DNA of 63,846 nt, filler included, from Collodictyon triciliatum (taxonomy: Eukaryota): the NCBI GenBank assembly GCA_043381765.1. It is 8 parts of 8 records of this genome, joined end to end, with 100 filler letters (N's around TTAATTAATTAA, not from the genome) between each part and the next. Parts side by side here need not be neighbours in the genome. Positions count along the whole stretch, not along the records: positions 33,347 to 41,576 come from JBHJMP010003518.1; positions 41,677 to 49,905 come from JBHJMP010003519.1; positions 50,006 to 58,234 come from JBHJMP010003520.1; 5 more parts are not named here. The stretch is one strand, 5' to 3'. Below, one piece after another: positions 37,152-55,931 of the stretch; position 1 is the first letter of the stretch; each line of letters opens with the position of its first letter. The notes beneath the pieces are model-generated. The model was not told the origin of the DNA. It saw only the letters and a list, made by a program, of their open reading frames with translations, and made no database searches. The translations under genes were made by a program, and so were the position numbers.

Positions 37152-40100
37152 GAAAAATAGAGTTGTATGGCAGTGCCTTTTAATGAAATGATTAATATCT
37201 GTCACCAGAGGTAACTTGGAAAATGCTTGCCAAAATCTTATCCGACTAAAGAAAGAAAGGTTAAGATTTATACCTTTCACGGCTTAACGGCTTGGCTTGG
37301 ATGCGTGTTGTAAATTTCGACAAGAGTTCAAAATGACGGGACATGTCGGTGTGTAGAATAGCGTTCACTACCTGGGTGATTCATACAAGAAGAAAAAAGA
37401 GCCATTAAAGGCATATTCATTTATCTCATTAATTTGCGGTTTGTGAATTTCCCAGTAAGACTCATCTTTTTTGAATCTTCAAAGCTGATATGCGCATATA
37501 TTAAAACTATTGGAACAAACAATCCTCCTGAATTCTTTCATCTCAGCTTGTGAAAGAGAGTGTGCGATGTTACAATTTGTTTGCCTAAGAATGGTGAATG
37601 CTTTGAAGCAGTGGTGATTTTCCAGCACTGACTGTTGACCAAGAGTTTGAATATAAAAAGAAATTTAATTAGTATGGGATGTCACAAAAAAAAAAAAACA
37701 CTACTTACAAACATCATATTTCGTGGGCAAATGAGTTAAATAAAATTTTTAGAAATCACTGTCGAATGCAGGGAAACAGCAAAGCTTACCTGATCATTAT
37801 ATGTGAGAGCAACAGGAGCCTTAAGAAAAATAATGTCAATGCTTGGTGATGCAACTTCTCTCATCCAATACAATATCATTAACAAAAAAAAAAAAAAACT
37901 CCCCACACGGTAAGATAGATTCAAAACTCATAAATGTGCATCATATTACTTGGCAATTAACCAGAAATGCATTGTTCACACCAGGATGATCCAAGTCATG
38001 ACAGAGTGCGGCTGAGCGTTAGGTGTGATTAAGAAAATTGATGGAATGGCTTGGAAAGTAAAGTATGCATGCTTGTGCTCGCTGAGAAGTGTGAATTATG
38101 AGACCGAATAAAACCATCCAGCGACATACCAAACGCGAGCGACAACACGTCTAAATATGTGAGGTATTCGGTCACATTTGTAGTGGCCAGAATAAAGAAA
38201 CACGTGTGCAAAACATCGACTGCGTGGCTGAAAATAGGAAATAATAAATTTAAATGTAAAAAAAATAAATTCAAAGTGCGTTAGAAAGTATATATTCCCA
38301 GTAGAATACATCAAATTATCAATCAAAGCAGATGGCTCAATATTTCTTGATGAGCGACAGACTGGAAATTGTGGTACGGGTTTGAATGGTAGAGTTCTCT
38401 GATAGCGATGGACATACTGCAGAGGGTTTTCACATCAATCGAGAACTACGAAATAAATCCAAGTAAATATGATGCTGAAAGATATTGTATTGATATTTTA
38501 AGAGTCCTCGGCTAAGGACTATTAGAATGCTTTTATGAAACACCCTCCTTTAATTCCTACCGTTGCAAATATGGAAATAATGATACACAGCTCACATATT
38601 AACTTTTGTATAAATTATTATCTACCTTCTCTATCAATTGTAAATCGGTGAATATTCGAATGATGGTGCCAAGAAGACCCTCCTCATCAAAGAGAAAAAC
38701 GTTGAAATCTGTGCGTCGTAGATTTTGGTCATACATTCCAGCCTTTGCAAAAGGCAATTCTTGCTTCGAGACATGCATAGAACCAGTTCTCTGTAATGCA
38801 GATGACTTCCGTGTGAAACTTTTTGAGGCCGAGCGTTGTTCTTGACTTGCTTCTTTTGGCAGCATTTGCTTTGTCGACAGACTTGTGCTTTTCGTGAGCG
38901 TATTTCTGCTCTCTGTATGGGTTTTTGATTCAAGCAGTTTGTCCTGTTCAATATTTTCTTGGGATTTACACAAAATTTCGCCGCTTGTAAGTATATCTGT
39001 TTGATGAGAGATGGAATCGGATGGAGATGTTTGTTCGTTTTGGACTTCAATGTCTTCTTCTGTTATTGCGAGCTTCTCCTCTTGACTACCCTGAAAATCT
39101 TCATCATCTTCAGATATATATTCAAGTCCATGTTGTTGATCTAATTGGTCGCTTTCTTCATATTCGTCGTTTTCATGGCTGTTACCGCCTTCATCGGCAG
39201 ATTCCTTGAAGAATTCCTTTTTATATTGAGAGCAAAGATAAATTAGCAAAAAAAATTTTTTGATGCTTTCGACCATTTTTTATAAAGGGAATATGATAAA
39301 TCGTAGTTTGGTTGAATAATAATAGAAATGTTGGAAGATATTCTAGATAAAAAAAAAGGACTTGTCTTATCCAATTGCGGGTCATGGGGTCAAGTGATGA
39401 ATCGGAGAGCAGCTTCTGGAACTGAGGTGCATATAAGTCAGACGAGCCGATTGACTTGATTGCATCCACTAACAAGCTCTGGAGTTCCGTTTGGTTAAAT
39501 GTTCCTGATGATAAATGCTCCAGGGAGCGAATGAGACTCTGCACAGGCGTTTCAAATGCCTTTATGATAAAATATTAGCCAGTAACCCACAGACTAGTTT
39601 TGAAATTGAGAGTATAGCTGATAACTACCATTTACAAATATTCATATACATAGCAAAAAGCACCTCTTCAATTTTTCTTTTCATAGATTCAACATCCAAG
39701 TCGTCTCTGACTGTTTGGGTCTTTCTGAGTAGTTCGAGCTCTTTTTCTTTTTCAACTAGTTGCTGACTAAGGTGTGATTTTTTGTCTTCCTAAAAAAAAA
39801 AATTGAGAAAGGTTCAGCGCCTACATTTGTTTCGAATAACATGAAGCGAACAAACAGTTGTTCCATCGATTGTCCAATAGTAAAAGGGCTTGAAATATTT
39901 TATGGATTATATTGATTAGAATATTTGAATTTTAGAATTTTATGATAAAAGAGGTTATAATGTCACTTTTATGCTTCTCTCTTTGTCAAGTAGAACTATA
40001 CGAAAGCATAGTAATCTAATTTTTTGACGCAGGTCTTCGATTATGGCATCTTTATGTCGAACAACAGAAGAATACTCCTGGCAACACCATGATTTAGTAC

Positions 40101-40992
40101 CAAATTAGAGGTCTTGCACAGGAATAAAAAAATAGATATTCTGCTTACAAAAAAAATATGTATGAGATGCGATTCACCTGTCCGGTGGACTTTTCTGTGG
40201 CTTCAAGGTATTCACCTGCCAATGGAGGGTCAACCGCCTTGAAAAATAACAAACTTCTCTCGATTCTCCTTATGAGTAAAGCTGGGCGAAACGGGTTTTG
40301 CACAAAGTCGGTCGCGCCCAAAGAAAGTAATAGATCGATACGCGTCTCATCTACCTGAGTCTTGGGAGCTGACCCTGATGCAACCACTGGAGAGTAAAAA
40401 GGAAAAATTAGCGATATGAAATTGCTGATTTGAAATTAATAAAGTGTCAGAACAGTTGACTCTCATGTCTTAGGTGCGCTGCCTAATTATGCAAATATCG
40501 ATTCAAGGCTAATATACGAATAAAGTATGTAGCAATATTGATAATGAAATGGATGGGGATAAACGATCAGCACTACCTATCACGTCAGTTTGTGACAAAG
40601 AAGCGCCCTCGCTCATTATTTGTAGAAGTTGGGCGGCGTCAACAAATGGAGGGTTATCCCAGCAGACTATTATGCGTATAGATGCGTCTCTCTGAAAATG
40701 CTCCACAGTGTCCCCCATTTTATGCAGATGTACCACTAAATATCAGTTTTATTGAGAGAAGGCTTATTAGAAAAGTGTCTGAACTAAGCGTGGGTGGTTT
40801 TTTAGGAAACAGCAGCAGTCTGATAGAGATCCTTGGGGTATCACCTTTGAAACTAGCACTGACATTTTCGGTAATCTCTTGAGCGCATCTCGCATCCGCT
40901 TCAGATGAGAAGAATAAAACAGTACTCCTGGATGCGGTATTGTCTCTTGTCTGCAGAGAGAGTCCTCGAGATTCTGTCGGCTCTGAAGGCAT
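36185..40992 (-). CDS. Class I cyclic-nucleotide phosphodiesterase with N-terminal receiver-like domain and coiled coil (RegA-like architecture)
   Basis: NPYHNF|HAVDVLH, ALCHDLDHPGVNNAF, LENHH, LHTADLGN...WSERVMAEFLSQ|GDIEK...SPYMDR, NFIDFIVLPL. Receiver-like LSLGATDFVQNPFRPALLIRRI. Start may lie in an upstream exon. Confidence 0.9.
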
Positions 40993-41676
40993 CGGTGTTG
41001 TAACGCTCAGCTATAAGTCCATCATTATTGAAAACAAAGTAACAGCATTTCTAGAAAGAAAGACCAGTGATAGAGTCCTTAATAAAGATATTGAAATCAC
41101 GCAATGAGGTATATGGCGATGATGATACTAAAAACTAGTGCTGGTAAAATAAAATCATAATACTGTAAAGAGACACAAGGCGTCCCCCGCTTCTATCGTT
41201 TTTTTTTTTTTTTTGTTGTTGTTGTTGTTGTTGTTGTTGTTTTTTGACAAACCTTCCGTTGTGTGACGGTTCGTGCGTATTCGATGTCGGCAGCAAATAG
41301 CGGGGAAGTATCCCTCGAATCCTGTGTGAATCCATCAGTGTGAAGCGCACCGCTGCCCGATTCGAATAAGCCTGATTTTTCCGCACTGGTCATCAACACT
41401 GGGGCGCTGCCTCTTCGTGCATCCCCTCTTCGCAAATACGCAAACGTGGACATTCTGGAAAGCCTCTACAGTTTCGGTTTTTTGTTTTATTGTTTTATTG
41501 TTTTATTGTTTTATTGTTTTATTGTTTTATTGTTTTATTGTTTTATTGTTTTATTGTTTTATTGTTTTATTGTTTTNNNNNNNNNNNNNNNNNNNNNNNN
41601 NNNNNNNNNNNNNNNNNNNNTTAATTAATTAANNNNNNNNNNNNNNNNNNNNNNNNNNNNNNNNNNNNNNNNNNNN

Positions 41677-41775
<99 letters not shown>

Positions 41776-42413
41776 AAACGAAAAGTTGGGCAATACGAAG
41801 TTGACTTGAAATAATGTTGCGATTAAGAAGAAGAAAAAAAATAATACTAACGCGTAAAATGAAATAAATGGCGAACAAAATATTTAAGTGACACAGAGGC
41901 AAAGCGCATTGAGTTGTTGATGGATCGATCCTCACCGAATCCTTTCCGGCCGGGAAAATGACCGAAAGGCCGATTTAAAAATATGCTTCTGACGGAAAAA
42001 AAAAAACGATGATTTTGATCAAGAAAAAAATTCGAACATTTGAATCGTCTCATGTACTTATTTGGACGTTCTGCAACTCTATTAGTTCCAATCTTGCACA
42101 AATGCGTACTGTTATCGAGACATATTTGGGAAGCTTCGCAAAAGTGTTTGTTGTAGTGGACGAGCAATAGGTAGCGCTTGGCAAAAAAGAAAGAGTCGTG
42201 ATGGTTGTGATAGATGTGTTTATTCGATACTCGGTATGGTGTTTAGATGGCTCTGGTTTCATCGTCAAGTATCCGGGTTGATTATATCGAGGCGAGAGAT
42301 TAGTGTTGCCATATATATAAAAAGATAATTCATAGAACAATCTCATTTACCTTATATTTTTGTTTGGCAATGGCATATATATATGAAGAGTTGTTTTATT
42401 TATTTTATTTATT

Positions 42414-44608
<2,195 letters not shown>

Positions 44609-44738
44609 TCTGTAGGCTGTCGGATCTCGCTGGTTTTGCTTGTGGCAGAGTTCTCTGATTTTTTTTCATGGTTTGGTTTATTCTGCTTCTGTGTGCTTTG
44701 CTAGTTCATGTCATTTGTGGTATGGCTGCAGGGTTGGT

Positions 44739-47672
<2,934 letters not shown>

Positions 47673-47900
47673 TGGGCGTCTGGTCTTCGGTGAGCCTTTG
47701 GGAGGGGAGGCAGCGGGGTTTGTCAGAAGTTGCTTGTCACGCGTGTTGGTTTGATCCCACGACATGGAGTCTGTTTGTGTGCAGCGCGGCTTAAAACGGC
47801 CTCTATTGGCTGTGGTCGGGTGGTGACGAAACGACGCGGCTCGTCCTGATAAGGTATGGTCAACCTAGTTTGCCGACACTCCCGCGCTTGATTTTCAATC

Positions 47901-48739
47901 ATGATTCTCTCGCGTGGTAGAGAAAAAAGCCTGACCCGTCCAAGGCTTCCCAAGCCAGCCAGTTCTTCTGGTTCCAACACGGGCGCGGAAAACCCCCGAG
48001 TTGCACGTAAGTCTAGGAAGACCCGTGCAAGGAAGCCGCCTGCAAGTCTGTCTGATCGGACAGTATTTTTGCATGGGGTCGAGCAAGTAGTTCACAAAAA
48101 GAACAAGGCCCGCAGGCTCACAGATGCGGTCGCCTCCTTCTTGAAAGCGAACAAACTTTGGGAAGAGTCCATCCAATTGCGCTTACCAGACAATGAAGGC
48201 CTTTGCCAATCGCCTTCCGCACTGCAGAGAACGCCCGAAAGCTTCTGGAGCTGAGGCAGGTAAGTTTGATCGATATTACGATCAGCTTCAGCAGAAGTAA
48301 ATCAACAAAGACTTTGGTGATGCTCTACCAACTACCGCTGGACGTGTGGCCGCAAATGCTTCGTGAGGAGCTGAAGCCGTTCAGACCGACCCACGTGGAG
48401 ATCAAAAAGGACAAATGCTTCTTCACAGACACAGCCGTGGTGAAGCTTCTTTGCCACAAGAACCAGCTCCCTGCAAAGTTTACGGTCATGGGCAAAAAGT
48501 ATCCAAAGCGCATCCTCAAAGAGCGTCTGCCAGCTGCGAACAACAAACGGCAAGTAAAAGCGCCGCAAAAGAATACACCTGCCAAGCGGACAAGCAGCAA
48601 CAAGGTCAAGGAATCCAAGGCCAGGCAACAACTGAGCCCGCAAGACTCACAGCAGATACGCGCATACAGCGACAGCGACGATGACGTGGAAGGAAATCTC
48701 GGCTCCTCTTCAGAATCCTGGCACTCGAGCCCTCCATAG
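47901..48739 (+). mobile_element. Frameshifted ORF1-like (RRM-type nucleic-acid-binding) remnant of an L1/Tx1-type non-LTR retrotransposon
   Basis: Two overlapping intronless ORFs (47901-48254, 48203-48739) read as one protein: DRTVFLHGV...IAFRTAENARKLL...VMLYQLPLDV...LREELKPF...LPAKFTVMG. Family assignment is from pattern memory only. Confidence 0.55.
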
Positions 48740-50006
48740 CCAACCACCGACAAGCCCGCACATCGCAAGACCCAAGAGCAGCGCATCTCCAAACCCCGAA
48801 AGCAATCTCCACTAAACTACCCATTCATACTGACGTGAATATGGTCAACATAGGAGGCCTCAAGGCAGTCTTCGTTACTTGTCCGAAAAGATACCCCAAA
48901 GCAAAGGCATCACAAGAATCAGCGCTATACCAAAGATAGTCCGTTTATTCTGCCCCAGCCCGTCGCACCGAGAAACAAGGAGCAAGAGCAAACAGCACAA
49001 GTCGAATCCAAGCTTGGAACTTTACACACTAAAGACAGTCCGAGCAAGCAGGAGCGTATGTTTCTAATACCACAAATGCGTATCCACACTCCGGTTAAGC
49101 GAAGTCCACTGCCGGCTACGCATGGCTCCGAAACCAGGGGACGGTCAAGCGCCACTTCCACTAATTCCAGACAAACAACGATGTATCGCTTTTTGTCAGA
49201 GTCGCCCAGCAAGAAACGCAAGGAAAGTGACCCGTTGTCCCCTCAAAAGACTCACCCAGTGGAATTAAATAGGATGCAAACCTTGTCTGAGATAGATGGT
49301 TGAAAGGACTCGTCGGAATCGATTTGAGAAGTGACAGCCATGTGCGTACTTACATCGACCCAACAACTTTCTCGGCTCTTTATAAGTGTCCAATACAACC
49401 AGAAATCGCGTTGGAGCTGATTCACCTCGGGTAGAATAGTCTGTGTGTGAGAACACCTCCTTTCATTCCTATCTTGTTTTCTTTTTCCTTTTTCTTTTTC
49501 TTTCAAAACACAAAAACTCCAACCACACAATCTAAGGTCTTCGCACTGTCTCGTCCACAGCTCGTTCTTGTCCTAGAGGCGAAGGCGGTTTCCTTGGCTT
49601 TGTTTTCTCTCAACAGACTGTTCAATGACCACTACATCGCCTCATTTACTGGCAGGTTTACTTCGTAGCGCGCGTTTCTCTGCTTTTTTTTTATTCATTG
49701 TGGGGTGGCGACAGCTGTTCGGCAGCATAGAATTGGGGTCGGGTGGGGAGGGACGCGACATGGTAGAAGCTTCTGCCGGTCGATCTGTAGAGGATAGTTA
49801 AGTGTCTACTACGTGAAGGTTGGAGCAGGTGGGTGATATGGATAGGGTAAGGAAAGCGTTGTTTGTTTGTGGGTCAGTATTTGGGACACATTTCGCTCAT
49901 TATCTNNNNNNNNNNNNNNNNNNNNNNNNNNNNNNNNNNNNNNNNNNNNTTAATTAATTAANNNNNNNNNNNNNNNNNNNNNNNNNNNNNNNNNNNNNNN
50001 NNNNNA

Positions 50007-50098
<92 letters not shown>

Positions 50099-50134
50099 AA
50101 TAGAGTCTAATGGCAGCCATATGAGCCAACCAAC

Positions 50135-50260
50135 CGGATTGGAGCCGAGGCTCATCATACGAGGACGAAACGGGCCGCTTCGAAAGGAGACTGGCTTTCT
50201 TTTCCTTAGCTGATCTTCGGAAACAAGGGACGAAGGCTGCTGCGGCTCCTCCGTAGCCAT
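50135..50260 (-). CDS. Possible first coding exon of an unidentified gene truncated by the contig end
   Basis: 42 codons MATEEPQQ...LRKRK...SNP followed by a GT donor and a (TTTC)n intron. Confidence 0.4.
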
Positions 50261-50796
50261 GTCGCGCAAGGTAGCCCCTTGGTTCGATCTCCTGGCTCTG
50301 CTCCTCCGCTCCTGGCCTTTGCCTACACGCGCATAGCTGGGCAATGATCAAAGCGATCAAAGAGGCGGACTCTTTTCTCGTTGGCCTTCCCCGTCGCCGT
50401 TTCCGCCTCTGTCCTTTCTCCTCGCTCACCGAGAAGGCAGTCAATTCATCCGAGACATTGACTTTTCAAGCCCTCTTCACTCTTCGCTCAAAAAGAAAAA
50501 GAAAAGAAAACGTCGAATCTTAACAGACGCGTTCTTTCTCTTTTTCATTCCCTATATATTTTCTTCTGACAAGCAAAGCGAGCAAACGGCGCCAGGCACG
50601 CCAGAAGGCAGAGCGACGGCAGTGGACTATGGATAAGTTTATGACGGGAGGGAGGGCGTCCTGGGCAGGCGCGAGAGAGCATCCACGCGCAGGCTGCCAA
50701 GACAGGGCCATGAAAGGAGCGAGAGAGAAGAGACGTCCGCACAGCACAGGAAAGACAGATAGCAAGAATAGAGAGGGCGAGGGGGCACGCAGCGGC

Positions 50797-52649
50797 CTAG
50801 TTTGCGGGGGGCTTCCGCTCGTAGGTCCTGCGGCGCTTCTCGTCGACCTGGGTGAGGTAGAAGGTGCCGGGCCAGAGGCCGTCGGTGGAGTCGGACGGGG
50901 TGTAGCTTCCGGCCAGGTAGCGCTCTTCGCGCAGGCGCAGGGCGGCAACAAAGTCGGCCGGGGTTGCGCGGGCCCGCTTGGCCAGGCGGTCGGTGATGGC
51001 GGTGGCGGCCAGCAGCGAGTCGAGCGAGCCGACGACGCGGATGGTGAAGAGCGACGAGGCCAGCCCCGACCCGTACGAGAAGAGCGCAATGCGCTTGTGC
51101 AGCAGCCCGTCCTGCGCGCCCTTTGTCGTCAGCAGCGACAGGAGCCCCGAGTACAGCGACCCCGTGTATGTGTTGCCCAGGTTCTTTGGCAGCAGGCACG
51201 AGGGCGCAACCTTGTGCTCGTAGCCGGACGCGCGCTGGGCGTCTCCCGATATTGCCAGCGTCGCCTTCTCCAGCTCCCGCGAGCTGTACGACTCGCCCTT
51301 GTCCAGGCTGCCGAATGCGCTCAGGCTCTGCAGGTCGCTCTTGGCCGGCTGTCGCTTGAAGTCGTTGTAGAACTGGGCAGGGTGGTGATGCCGGATTAGG
51401 TATGAATGAGTGGATGATTGATAGATTGTTGTTGTTGGCGTGTTGTTGTTGGCGTGTCGGGTGTGATCTGGAGGGAGCAGCGTACCAGGCGGGCGTAGGA
51501 CTTCTGGACAAGCTTGTTGTACGGGGCGTGGAAGACAAAGAAGTCAAAGTCGTCCACAGAGACCTTGCGCTGCTCCTGCTGCTCGATCTTGTCGACGAGG
51601 CCGTTGTAGCAGGCGTCCAGGGCGCCCAGGTAGCAGTTGATGGAGAGCAGGCCGTCCACATATGGGTACTCGGACTTGAGGTCCGGCTTGTAGAAGTCGT
51701 AGGCGTGGTCCATGTGTGTGAAGCGGAGGCCTGCGCCGTGGTTGGTTCGGTCAGCGTTTCGTGACATCCAGGCGGGTAGTCAGGGTTGGGAGAGGCTTTG
51801 GAACGGGGCTGGCTTTTTGCTCGCGGTGCTTATGTGGCGCCTGACGAGACGAGAAGGGAGAAGAGAAGAGAGAAGAGACTAGAGACTCACCGCGCTCAAA
51901 GACAATCGGGGCGTTGGGGCCGACAAGCATGGCCACGGCTCCGCAGCCGCCGGTCGGACGGGCAGCCCCGGCAGCGTAGACGGCAATGTCTCCGGCCACA
52001 ACGAGGGCGTAGCGGCCGTCCCAGTAGCTGCTTTCCATCCAGTTGATCGAGTTGAAGAGCGCAGCCGTCCCGCCGTAGCAGGCATTGATGTTGTCCACAC
52101 CTGCGGCAGGGGAAAGGGAAAGGTGGGTGGGTGTTGGTCGGTGTGCTTGCGTGCCCGCGTCACTTCCCGCAGTGGCATGATTACTCTGTTGCTGTGTCAA
52201 GATGTCAACGTGTCAAAGTGTCAAAGTGTCAGGCAGACGCACCTTCCAGATTGTGGTTCCCGGCCTCGGCGAAGAGGCGCAGCAGATTGGTCTTGACGGA
52301 CTTGGACTTGTCGATTAGGGTCTCGGTGCCCACCTCGAGGCGGCCAATATCCTTGTAGGACAGGCCGAACTTGTCGACCAGGTTCTGCACGACTGCGGAG
52401 AGAAAGAGAGAGAGAGGCAGGGTGAGTGGTCAGCAGGGGCGTCACGCAGCGACAGGCGGGCGTACCTGTCAGGCAGATGGACACGATGTCCTCGCGGTCG
52501 CCGACAAAGGCCATGTTGTCCTGCCCCAGGCCGATGGTGTACTTGCCCTTGGGAATATTGTCGAAGGCCTCCAGCTCCTCCTGGTTGACGTACGTGGACG
52601 GGAAGTACATGTCCATGGCCACAATGCCGATGTTGTCTGGTCTGCTCAT
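50797..52649 (-). CDS. HMGS: Hydroxymethylglutaryl-CoA synthase (mevalonate pathway), 5 exons
   Basis: GKYTIGLGQ...[36 protein letters not shown] (catalytic Cys); [45 protein letters not shown]. Confidence 0.98.
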
Positions 52650-53648
52650 TCTGTCGGCGGTCTGTGTGGGTATGTTTGCCGGTGGTGTCTACGGGGTTTG
52701 CGGGTTGTGTGCTGAGTTGTGTTGTCTTGTGTTGTATAGTGTTGTGCTATGCTTCCTTCAACTCATGTTGTGTTGATAAAATTGTGTGTGTGGGTGAATA
52801 AGCACGCTGCTTATATGCAGGCTGCGAAACGGCCCTGGTGTTGTCTTTTAGTTCATTCAGGCCACAGTTCTTGCCACAAGACAGACACATGATGTCACTC
52901 TCTGTGGCTTTGTTTATACAATTATTTTCTGTTGTTAATTTTTTTTTCCATGAATTTTGGTTTTAGATTCGATTTGATTCGATCGAAATGAGTTTGGCTG
53001 GGACAGAAATGAAATCAGTCTGTAGAATGATACATGCGGGAACCGGGGCTGGGTTTTTGGGATATTTTGTTGTGATAGAAAACAGCTAAAAAGTTTGCCT
53101 GAACGCAAAGGAAAGCGTCGGTCTTTTTGTGACTATTCTTGATGTTCTAGTTTTTTTTTCTTTTTTCTTTTCTTCTTCTTTGTTCATGTGGGTTGATGGG
53201 ATTGATGGAAGTATTCGCCGCTTGGTTGCTTGCTGGGTTCGTAATGGCGGGGTTTTTTGAATTCCCGTAATCGATGAAAATGTGGATTCCCCATATTAGT
53301 CGTGTACAATGGCCGGGATTCCCACCATTCCCATGAATCTAACACTAACGTTTTGAGTGGAAGCATGGGAATAGCGGATACCCGAATATGACACACATCC
53401 TGTAGAGGCTTATTTTATTAAAATTGTTTTCCTATGATATTTGATATAATATTACTATATATGTAGACAAATGGATCATTAGTATAATATAATAGAATAT
53501 TACACATAATATCCACAATTGGATATAGAGGTGCTTGTGGCTTTCTTCTCTTGACCTGTTAGCCCATTATTTTCCGTGGGTGCGGTAGGAACTGGCGAGC
53601 GGCCGGGTTTGCTGCTCATTGCGAATGCGCAAGGAGGCTAGCGATAAT

Positions 53649-53671
53649 TTTTTTTTTTCCTTTATTCGATT
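53649..53671 (-). mobile_element. Ultra-short insertion (TTG)AATCGAATAAAGG-A10 with 19-bp direct repeat (3 nt shared with the element as microhomology)
   Basis: Exact repeat CAAGGAGGCTAGCGATAAT at 53630-53648 and 53672-53690. Confidence 0.9.
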
Positions 53672-53721
53672 CAAGGAGGCTAGCGATAATAGACTAGTGC
53701 TACTCTTTTGACTATCTGACT

Positions 53722-54361
53722 ATGGCCAGGCTTTTAGAGAAGGCGAAAAGAAGGGCACAGCACACAACAGCTTGGGTCAGGTCAAAGATGCTTCATGCGA
53801 GCGGTAGGCTTGTTCTCCTCTTCCTTCTATGTTTGGCGGGTCTCCAGATCGTGGCCGCAGATCGAGGAAACTACTACCGCATGTTAAACGACGTGAATTC
53901 TGGGAAAAACTATTACGACCTTCTTCAAGTATCTCCCAGTGCAAATGCGACTGAGATCAGGAAGGCTTACAAGAAACTTGCCTTGCAATAGTAAGTCGCC
54001 CTCTCCTTGTGAACCAAACACATGATAATTATTACTATTCTCATAAACAGTACAACCCTGCCCACGGAAAGTAAAGATAGAAATAACAGCATGGTATTTG
54101 ATAACATATTCCCTTAGCTGTCCTTTGGCATTTATTTATTTATTTATATATTTATTTGCGCATAGTCATCCAGATAAAAACCCCGACCCTGAATCCTATC
54201 AGATCTACCTTGATATTGTTTTTGCTTTTGAAGTGCTGACTTCACCTGCAGACCGAGCACAATATGAGGAACTCTTACGCGACGGTAATTATACTACTTT
54301 AATTCTCCAAATATCACAGAAACCAGATTGTAGAGGTCTCTATAGATAATAATAATTAAAA

Positions 54362-54454
<93 letters not shown>

Positions 54455-55174
54455 ATCGTTGTGTATAATTCAAAGTGCATTTATTCTGTTTTCTTGTGTA
54501 ATTCATGGAACAAGATAAGTTTCAATAAAATATTCCAAATATCTTTGTCCTGTAAACTTATTGTAGGAATACCCTGGCACGAGCAGTATTACGGCCAATA
54601 CGCGCACAAGTTTGGTGCGCCAGACCATGACATCCGCTACGTTTTACTCTCTGTCATCATCATTATAACCATACTCAAGCATGCGTACCTTTACAACCAT
54701 TACTACAACACAATCTCCCTGGCAAAGTCTCACCCGGCATATATCCAACAACTTCACCGTAAAACTCGTGAGCTGGAGTCACAGCGCCCTAAGCCTTCCA
54801 GTCTTGCCGGAAAGCGACTCAAAGAGTACCAAGACAGTCTCCGTAAAGAGGCTGACAAGGAGCTGGAGGTTGAGATTGTTGGGCTGAGGAAGCCAACTTG
54901 GAAAGATATCTTCATTTTTGATATGTTTCGAATCCCATACGATATTGCAATGTTCTTTTGGGATGCATATACAGACAAGCGCACAAAAGAGGAGAAACAA
55001 GAACACGAACTCCGCACTCGCATGGGCTTTGTTCATATACCAGACAGTGAGTGGAAAGTCAAGTACCAGGAACATTTGGACAGACAAGAAGCATACAGAA
55101 CCTCCAACAGAGGCAAGCGGGATAGACGTTGGCTCAAAAAATATGTTCCTGTGAGTGACTACGATTGGGACTAA
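53722..55174 (+). CDS. DNAJC25: DnaJ/Hsp40 membrane co-chaperone, DNAJC25-like, 3 exons
   Basis: Signal peptide; NYYDLLQV...EIRKAYKKLALQ|HPDKNP J-domain; YY...APDHDIRYVLL TM segment; GLRKPTWKDIF. Start at 53722 or 53788. Confidence 0.88.
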
Positions 55175-55207
55175 CCCATATTCGATAGCCTCGTCTTTTT
55201 CTTTCTT

Positions 55208-55285
<78 letters not shown>

Positions 55286-55931
55286 TTACATTTTTATGCT
55301 CCTTTTTTTTCCCCTTTTTTTTTTTTTTTACCTCTTCGCACCAGCGATTATTGGATATCTGCAAGGAAGCTTCCTATCCAGAATATTTCTTCCTTTTCTC
55401 CTTATTTTGCTGTTTCGAATGGTTTCAGAGCTCGACATGTTTTTATATCGCGCACTGTCCGATTATTTGAAGAAAAAAAAATACTCCTGACCTGTTCATG
55501 TCCCATCACTACTGCTTTGAAACCTAAAGTTCTGTTCAAAATTGAGAAGGGGTTTTTCTTTTTCTTCTCTTTCCCCAGTCTTTTCATCGATTGTTGCCTG
55601 GACCTCTATCATCTGCCTTATCTTTACCATATAATGGCCGAATCTTAGCCCATGAAACGATAAAATATAAATGACAGTCGCCTGTTCCTGAGCCTATCTC
55701 CCCTCTCTCAAATCAATCACGATGTTTAAGTGTAACGAGGTTAAAAAAACATAAACAAAAAATAATATCATCAAACGCAGATATCGAAATGAGCAAACCG
55801 CCCCAATCAACTGTATCAGACGAGGGTAGTTTTCTTATTTAAAAAAAAAGTATGTTGAAACGAAAACGGGCATCATATCCAGATTTTGGGCATTCACGCT
55901 AGTGATTGTGAAAGAGTGAAAATATTTCGAT

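Noticed and set aside
50150-50300. GGACGAAAC hammerhead-like and GGTTCGA tRNA-like motifs
   Set aside because: No CUGAUGA core on the same strand and no cloverleaf; the region reads as a coding exon and 5' UTR on the minus strand.
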